NCBI GenBank assembly: GCA_031548885.1
Contig: JAVBQO010000004.1
Coordinates: 32,544 to 96,543 of the forward strand
Direction: 5' to 3'
DNA from: Candidatus Saccharimonadaceae bacterium
Lineage (GTDB): Bacteria > Patescibacteriota > Saccharimonadia > Saccharimonadales > Saccharimonadaceae
DNA: 64,000 nt
Shown here: piece by piece, positions 59,117-64,000 of the stretch
Layout: every line of letters begins with the position of its first letter
Numbering within the stretch: the first letter of the stretch is position 1
Position numbers and translations under genes: made by a program
The notes under the pieces: generated by a model
Databases searched by the model: none
The model's input: only the letters and a program-made list of their open reading frames with translations
Told to the model about the DNA's origin: nothing

Positions 59117-59192
59117 GCGGGTTTAGCTCAGTTGTTAGAGCGCTTCCTTGCCAAGGAAGAGGTCGAGAGTTAGAGTCTCTTAACCCGCACCA
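59117..59192 (+). tRNA. tRNA-Gly (anticodon GCC) with a non-canonical U19:A56 elbow pair, CCA encoded
   Basis: GCGGGTT acceptor, GCTC-AGTTGTTA-GAGC D-arm, CTTCC-TTGCCAA-GGAAG anticodon arm, GAGAG-TTAGAGT-CTCTT T-arm. Confidence 0.9.
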
Positions 59193-59204
59193 TATGGGAA
59201 AATG

Positions 59205-59225
59205 AAGACGCTTCGGCGTCTTTTT
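59205..59225 (+). terminator. Intrinsic terminator after tRNA-Gly
   Basis: AAGACGC-TTCG-GCGTCTT followed by TTT. Confidence 0.7.
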
Positions 59226-59421
59226 CGTTTGCTTTCAATCTGTAAATTGGTAAAACAACCGGTGTGCAAACTTCTCCGAATGAATTTGCTCAAGACATTT
59301 TGTTCCGCGCTGCAAATTGTTCGGACTCGGGCAAGCAGAATCGGATCGCTCACGAGTTATTTTCGCAAAACCGCCCGCGTGCTATAATAAACACAATCGT
59401 GAATGCGAAAAGTGGAGGAAA

Positions 59422-61050
59422 ATGAGTAAAATCGCGAACTACCTGCAGCAACATTTGAATGGCGAAGTTGTGTCGTCGCCGCGGGTGCGGAAATTTTTCG
59501 CGACCGACGCTAGTATTTTGACAAAAACGCCGCAGATTATTGTCTATCCGCGAACGACCAATGATGTGCGAAAAGTGGCTCGCTTCACTTGGCAACTGGC
59601 CGAAAAAGGCCACGTTTTGCCGATCACGGCGCGCGGCAGCGGCACCGACCAAACCGGCGCGGCAATCGGCAACGGCATCGTGATGGTTTTTCCGGCGCAC
59701 ATGCAAAAAATTCTGGAACTCGACACCAAAACGCGCATGGTTCGGGTGCAACCGGGCATGAACTTCAAAGCTTTGCAAGAAGCCATGGCGACGCACGGAT
59801 TATTTCTGCCGCCGTTTCCGTCCAGTTTCAAATATTCGACGATCGGCGGCGCGATCGCCAACAATACTTCTGGCGAAAAAGCATTGAAATACGGTTCGAT
59901 GCGCAATTGGACCGACCGGCTAGAAGTCGTGTTGGCCAACGGCGAAGTTATCCAAACCGGCCGATTGAACAAGCGCGAATTGAATGCGAAAAAAGGTTTG
60001 CCGGGTATGGAAGGCGAAATTTACCGCGCGTTGGACGGATTGATTACCGACAATGTGGCGATCTTGGCGAAAAAGTCCGCCCAGAAATTACCCGACAGCA
60101 CCGGCTATGCCATCGAACGGGTCAAAAACGCTGACGGAACGTTTGATTTGACGCCGCTGATCGTCGGCTCGCAGGGAACGCTCGGCATTGTCACGCAGGC
60201 GATTGTGAAACTAATGCCGCGTCCCGACGCAGCAGAATTGATGGCGGCGGCGCTGCGCACGACTGACGATTTGGGAAAAATTGTGACGGAACTACGCGAA
60301 CTGGAACCTAGTACGCTGGAGTTTATTGATGGCAGCACGCTGGAAATTATTGAACGCCAAACCGGCGCGAAACCTTACAAAAAATTCGGCAACGCACGTC
60401 CGGCAGCGATTTTGTTGCTAGAATTTGACGATTCGTCGGCCAGCAAACGTAGCAAAAAATCCAAACAAGCTGCAAAAATATTGCAAGAACACGGCGATGT
60501 TGTCACGGCGCAGAATTGGGAAGAGCAGGAAAGTTTGTGGGACATTCGCCACAGCGTGTCAACCATTACGAATTATAGCGAAAACAATCAGGCTGCGCTG
60601 CCCGTTACCGGCGACGCAACTGTCGAGACCGCGAAAATGAACGAATTGTTGACACAGGTGCAGGAATTGTTGCGCCGTTATCATGTTCAAGCCGCGATTT
60701 GGGGCCACATTGGCGACGGAAACTTGAACGTGCAACCGTTGTTGGATTTGCGAAAAATCGGCGATCGCCAAAAAGTTTTCAAATTCATGAAAAGTTATCA
60801 CGAAATCGTTGCAAAATTGGACGGTTCGGTTGCTGGCGAATACGGCGATGGCCGATTGCGCGTGCCGTTCGTGCGGTCGCAGTACGGCGACGATTTGGCG
60901 AAAGTTTATGCTCAGGTCAAGCAAATTTTCGACCCGCGCGGCGTGTTGAACCCCGGTGTCAAAACTGATACAGAATTGAAAGATGTCGTGGCGGCGCTGC
61001 GCACGGAATACGATTTGACGCATTTGGCCGAATATCAGCCGCGAATTTAG
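59422..61050 (+). CDS. FAD-linked oxidase (GlcD / D-lactate dehydrogenase family)
   Basis: FAD_binding_4 region (VYPRTTNDVRKV...ITARGSGTDQTGAAI) and GVLNPG near the C-terminus. GTGGAGGA Shine-Dalgarno and TATAAT at 59384-89. Confidence 0.85.
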   Translation: MSKIANYLQQHLNGEVVSSPRVRKFFATDASILTKTPQIIVYPRTTNDVRKVARFTWQLAEKGHVLPITARGSGTDQTGAAIGNGIVMVFPAHMQKILELDTKTRMVRVQPGMNFKALQEAMATHGLFLPPFPSSFKYSTIGGAIANNTSGEKALKYGSMRNWTDRLEVVLANGEVIQTGRLNKRELNAKKGLPGMEGEIYRALDGLITDNVAILAKKSAQKLPDSTGYAIERVKNADGTFDLTPLIVGSQGTLGIVTQAIVKLMPRPDAAELMAAALRTTDDLGKIVTELRELEPSTLEFIDGSTLEIIERQTGAKPYKKFGNARPAAILLLEFDDSSASKRSKKSKQAAKILQEHGDVVTAQNWEEQESLWDIRHSVSTITNYSENNQAALPVTGDATVETAKMNELLTQVQELLRRYHVQAAIWGHIGDGNLNVQPLLDLRKIGDRQKVFKFMKSYHEIVAKLDGSVAGEYGDGRLRVPFVRSQYGDDLAKVYAQVKQIFDPRGVLNPGVKTDTELKDVVAALRTEYDLTHLAEYQPRI

Positions 61051-61051
61051 C

Positions 61052-61080
61052 TTGCGAAAAACGTGCGATTTCGGTAGAAT
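61052..61080 (+). promoter_or_regulatory. Promoter of tRNA-Leu(CAG)
   Basis: TTGCGA (61052-57), 17-nt spacer, TAGAAT (61075-80). Confidence 0.5.
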
Positions 61081-61118
61081 AATTTTGTTGAGTTTGCGAA
61101 AACTTTACAATCAAATAT

Positions 61119-61206
61119 GCGCGAGTGGCGGAATTGGTAGACGCGCTAGCTTCAGGAGCTAGTGAGCATTACGCTCGTGGAGGTTCAAGTCCTCTTTCGC
61201 GCACCA
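61119..61206 (+). tRNA. tRNA-Leu (anticodon CAG), type II, CCA encoded
   Basis: GCGCGAG acceptor, GGAATTGGTAGAC D-arm, CTAGC-TTCAGGA-GCTAG anticodon arm, long variable arm, GGAGG-TTCAAGT-CCTCT T-arm. Confidence 0.92.
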
Positions 61207-62774
61207 GACGTGAATTTAACGGCTTTTACAAGTTCATCAAAGGGCGGTTTCCAGAGGTAGGAGACCGCTCTTTTGTCATCTATGACTAGGTTCAGCATCA
61301 AAATTCGCACCAATTGATCTTTCTCTACTGGATTGCCCGCTCTCATCTTGTCAGCGGCCGTTTTTAGCAGGTTCAACATTTCATCTTTGGTAAGTTGAAT
61401 TTTGTTCGGATCGGCTATTTTATCACTCAAATCCTTGCGTTTCTTGGTTAACTTTTTGATCTCACCATCTAGCTCTGCGATTTGGCTCGAATTGATTTCG
61501 AATGCGGGAGAGGTTGCTGGTATATTTGCTAGCCCTGACGAAAGACGCTTGATCTCGCCATTCTTATATTTAATCGCTCCTGAAATGCTCGTGATATCCT
61601 CTTTGATAGATACGATGGCCTTGCTTGTATGGGTTTTGAATCGCTTGCTATACCGTTCGTAAGCTTCGTCATTGAGATTGAAATCCTCCAGGATTCTATA
61701 TAGGCCATCGAAAATAAAATGTGCACGCACTGATTTGACCTTACGCGTACAGCCTTGATTCTTGCATGTGTAGCTTAGCACATGAGCATCACCCTTACTG
61801 CCGCGCCGAGTGCGATCCGCTTTCATGGGCTTGGGGCCATTGCAAACTCCGCAAAGTACGATGCCTTCGAGCGGTTTGAATATGAAACGCTTCTTGTCGT
61901 GTGTGTCGCGTTTTCGCGTGTAAGCTAGCGATTGTACTCTGTTGTACAGCTCTTCATCTACCATGGTCTTAAAATCGTAATGCAGAGATAAATCAATGAC
62001 GTCGTCGACCTGAGTTAACTTTCCGTAGTAAAAGGAGTCACGCATAACGTTCGCTACGGCATTTCGATTCGGGTTTATTCGACGGCTAACTTTGTTACGA
62101 CGATTGATCTTGGTCATGCGGTGGACATTGTGCGCTTTCCAGTATTCAAGAATCTCGTCATATGTAGCGCCGTCGGCTCGCATAATCCATCCGTTTTTAA
62201 TAATAGGGAAGAACTGGTCGGTAACGTAATAACCCGTAACATCATCGCGTATATAACCCCATTTATATTGCCCGCCAGACTTTCCGTCCTCAAGGTTGCC
62301 GTCAATTCCTCGCATAATGTTTTCGCTCATGCCGTCAGTGTAATTTTTAGAAAAGACGAACATCATGCCGAGCATCATTTTGCCGTTGGCATTGTTTGTG
62401 AACTGATGCGTAACGAAGCGTAGGTCTTTAATTATGTAGTTATCGAGCATGTCAATAATCTTGCCGCTCTCAAGCATGTTGCGGCTTAGCCGATCTGGAT
62501 GCCATGCTATAATGCCGTCATATTTTCCTGTTTCGACTTTTTGCAATAAGTCATCGAAACTGGCACGATTGTTTGCAATTCTTGCGGAAGTCTCGTCTTT
62601 GAAAACATCAACAATATTTAGCCCGTGCTGCTTCGCAAGTTTGCGACACTCCTTTTCCTGATCGTCAGTGGAGCGAACCTGGCTGTTGTTGTCCTCTGAC
62701 GATTTGCGAATGTATAACGCGTATTTTAATTTTTTGAAGTCTTCGTTTGATAGTTCGGTGCGACGATTGCTCAT
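61185..62774 (-). CDS. Large serine recombinase (integrase)
   Basis: Resolvase catalytic domain (YALYIRKSSEDNNSQVRSTDDQ, DRLSRN), recombinase domain, zinc ribbon (CGVCNG...YTCKNQGC) and a coiled-coil tail. TGcTAAAAT lies 6 nt before the ATG. Confidence 0.88.
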   Translation of the reverse strand: MSNRRTELSNEDFKKLKYALYIRKSSEDNNSQVRSTDDQEKECRKLAKQHGLNIVDVFKDETSARIANNRASFDDLLQKVETGKYDGIIAWHPDRLSRNMLESGKIIDMLDNYIIKDLRFVTHQFTNNANGKMMLGMMFVFSKNYTDGMSENIMRGIDGNLEDGKSGGQYKWGYIRDDVTGYYVTDQFFPIIKNGWIMRADGATYDEILEYWKAHNVHRMTKINRRNKVSRRINPNRNAVANVMRDSFYYGKLTQVDDVIDLSLHYDFKTMVDEELYNRVQSLAYTRKRDTHDKKRFIFKPLEGIVLCGVCNGPKPMKADRTRRGSKGDAHVLSYTCKNQGCTRKVKSVRAHFIFDGLYRILEDFNLNDEAYERYSKRFKTHTSKAIVSIKEDITSISGAIKYKNGEIKRLSSGLANIPATSPAFEINSSQIAELDGEIKKLTKKRKDLSDKIADPNKIQLTKDEMLNLLKTAADKMRAGNPVEKDQLVRILMLNLVIDDKRAVSYLWKPPFDELVKAVKFTSGARKRT

Positions 62775-62791
62775 ATATTGATTTTAGCATT

Positions 62792-62956
62792 TGACTAAAA
62801 CAATATACGTCCGCTGTTGTTATCTCTGATGGAATTCGTGTTTAGCTTTATACTTTCTTCGCTATCATCAATAGATTGCAACAATTCCAATAATTCAATT
62901 AACGCATCGTCCTCGTGCGCTGCAATTGTGTCATTGGCCTCGTTGCTGTCATTCAT
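62792..62956 (-). CDS. Candidate small acidic protein (54 aa) between the regulator and the integrase
   Basis: MNDSNEANDTIAAHEDDALIELLELLQSIDD..., read by hand and below the ORF-track cutoff. GGGGGT lies just upstream. Confidence 0.3.
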
Positions 62957-63012
62957 CTACCCCCATTCTTAACTAGGGATTTCCCATACCAAACACAAAT
63001 GTTATGAGAAAG

Positions 63013-63960
63013 TTATAAGAAAAATCGGTAGGTATTCTTGCTGCCGGAAACCTTGCGAATATGGTTTTTGCCAGATTCGGCTTTGCCTAATTCCTTGTTT
63101 AACGAAGATATGCGGCTCTGTATCGTTTTGGGATCGTAGGATGTTTCGCGATTCATGTCGATCGCTTCTACGATTTTATCGTAACTCAGTTCGTACCTTT
63201 TGGCTTTCGCAAAAGCGACCATCAAACTCAGTAGCTGCGGACTGTGCAAATCGAGCAGTCTGCCGTTCTTGTATAACTGATTTTCATTAACGATGGAGAA
63301 TTCGCCTAACCCCAGCTTTTGTATCGGCACGGAAACTATGCCCTGTTGCGAAATATTAACATGCGTATGAAGCGTCCTAAGCGCCGATAACAGTGTTTTA
63401 GAGCTAAAGGCGAGTACTTGTGTGTCGAACATGATGTCTGTCAGAAAAACATCAGCTTCATTGATCGGCTTGTCGTCATACTTTGCTAGCCTGTAACCTT
63501 GAATGTAGAGCTCGTCACAATAGCTTGCCGGTGCAACATCTTTCGCAACAATGAGGTTGTAATACTTGGATAGTTCGCGGTACGCTTCTTCGAATTTGTT
63601 ATTTTCAGAATCGTTATCAAGCTGCGACGCTTTGCGATACTGCACAATGGATAGAACGCCAATAAATATTTCCGGATAATCTTGAGCGTCAGATGGTTTC
63701 GGATCTTGGAAATATTGCATGTATGCATCCCACTTTTCGCAAGCATTTCGTTCAGCAAGTTGAAGTGTGAAATCACAGAGAGCGATTTCTAGTTGCGATA
63801 GAAGCTCGTCAGTATCAGACAATATCCCATCATCAAGAGAGAGCAGAGTAGTTCGGCTTTTTTCACTGAGCGAGATGATTTTAAGTTGGATTGTTCTGCG
63901 AATATTTGGCAATTCAGAGTCGGCCAGAAGCCTATCCATAAATATCTGCGAATCACTCAT
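63013..63960 (-). CDS. Element-encoded protein with a C-terminal OmpR/PhoB-type winged-helix DNA-binding domain
   Basis: The C-terminus YDKIVEAIDMNRETSYDPKTIQSRISSLNKELGK...IRKVSGSKNTYRF follows the trans_reg_C pattern. The N-terminal 230 aa are unassigned. Confidence 0.6.
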   Translation of the reverse strand: MSDSQIFMDRLLADSELPNIRRTIQLKIISLSEKSRTTLLSLDDGILSDTDELLSQLEIALCDFTLQLAERNACEKWDAYMQYFQDPKPSDAQDYPEIFIGVLSIVQYRKASQLDNDSENNKFEEAYRELSKYYNLIVAKDVAPASYCDELYIQGYRLAKYDDKPINEADVFLTDIMFDTQVLAFSSKTLLSALRTLHTHVNISQQGIVSVPIQKLGLGEFSIVNENQLYKNGRLLDLHSPQLLSLMVAFAKAKRYELSYDKIVEAIDMNRETSYDPKTIQSRISSLNKELGKAESGKNHIRKVSGSKNTYRFFL

Positions 63961-64000
63961 TATTTCATCAAAAGACGGTTTGTCGGATTGCGAAGCTTGC

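Larger units (their letters stand above)
61185..64000. mobile_element. Integrative element (prophage or ICE-like remnant) inserted at the 3' end of tRNA-Leu(CAG); right end lies beyond the window
   Basis: The recombinase gene reads into the tRNA T-arm/acceptor (22-nt overlap). Every ORF on this side is on the minus strand. Composition is AT-richer. Confidence 0.6.

Noticed and set aside
59317-59421. ORF-track 5' extension of the FAD-linked oxidase gene.
   Set aside because: The ATG at 59422 has a strong GTGGAGGA Shine-Dalgarno site. The TATAAT at 59384-89 falls inside the extension.

Overview
This 64-kb window comes from a compact bacterial genome of roughly 45-50% GC. Genes are tightly packed and often overlap, AlaRS, MetRS and UvrC are minimal versions, and there are no biosynthetic operons. 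The content is cell wall and division, DNA repair, translation and a few glycolytic genes. That profile fits a Patescibacteria/CPR, Saccharibacteria-like epibiont, which is an inference I cannot confirm without a database search. I call about 65 protein genes and 4 tRNAs (Leu-GAG, Val-CAC, Gly-GCC, Leu-CAG). There is no rRNA and no CRISPR array. The accessory DNA is: (i) a two-gene restriction-modification island (39075-41380) next to tRNA-Leu(GAG), whose C5-cytosine methyltransferase has circularly permuted motifs; (ii) an integrative element with a large serine recombinase inserted at the 3' end of tRNA-Leu(CAG) (61185 to the window end); (iii) four single-gene islands of about 60% GC (13.7, 28.1, 34.9 and 48.6 kb) whose codon usage differs from the surrounding genes. 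Three other signals came from reading the sequence directly. The octamer TTGCGAAA/TTTCGCAA is extremely over-represented in native DNA and absent from the acquired islands. Many promoters place a -10 box 6-7 nt before the start codon, which implies leaderless mRNAs. The tRNA-Gly carries a compensated change in the 19:56 tertiary pair. All functional calls rest on motifs I recognise in the translations. No searches were run.
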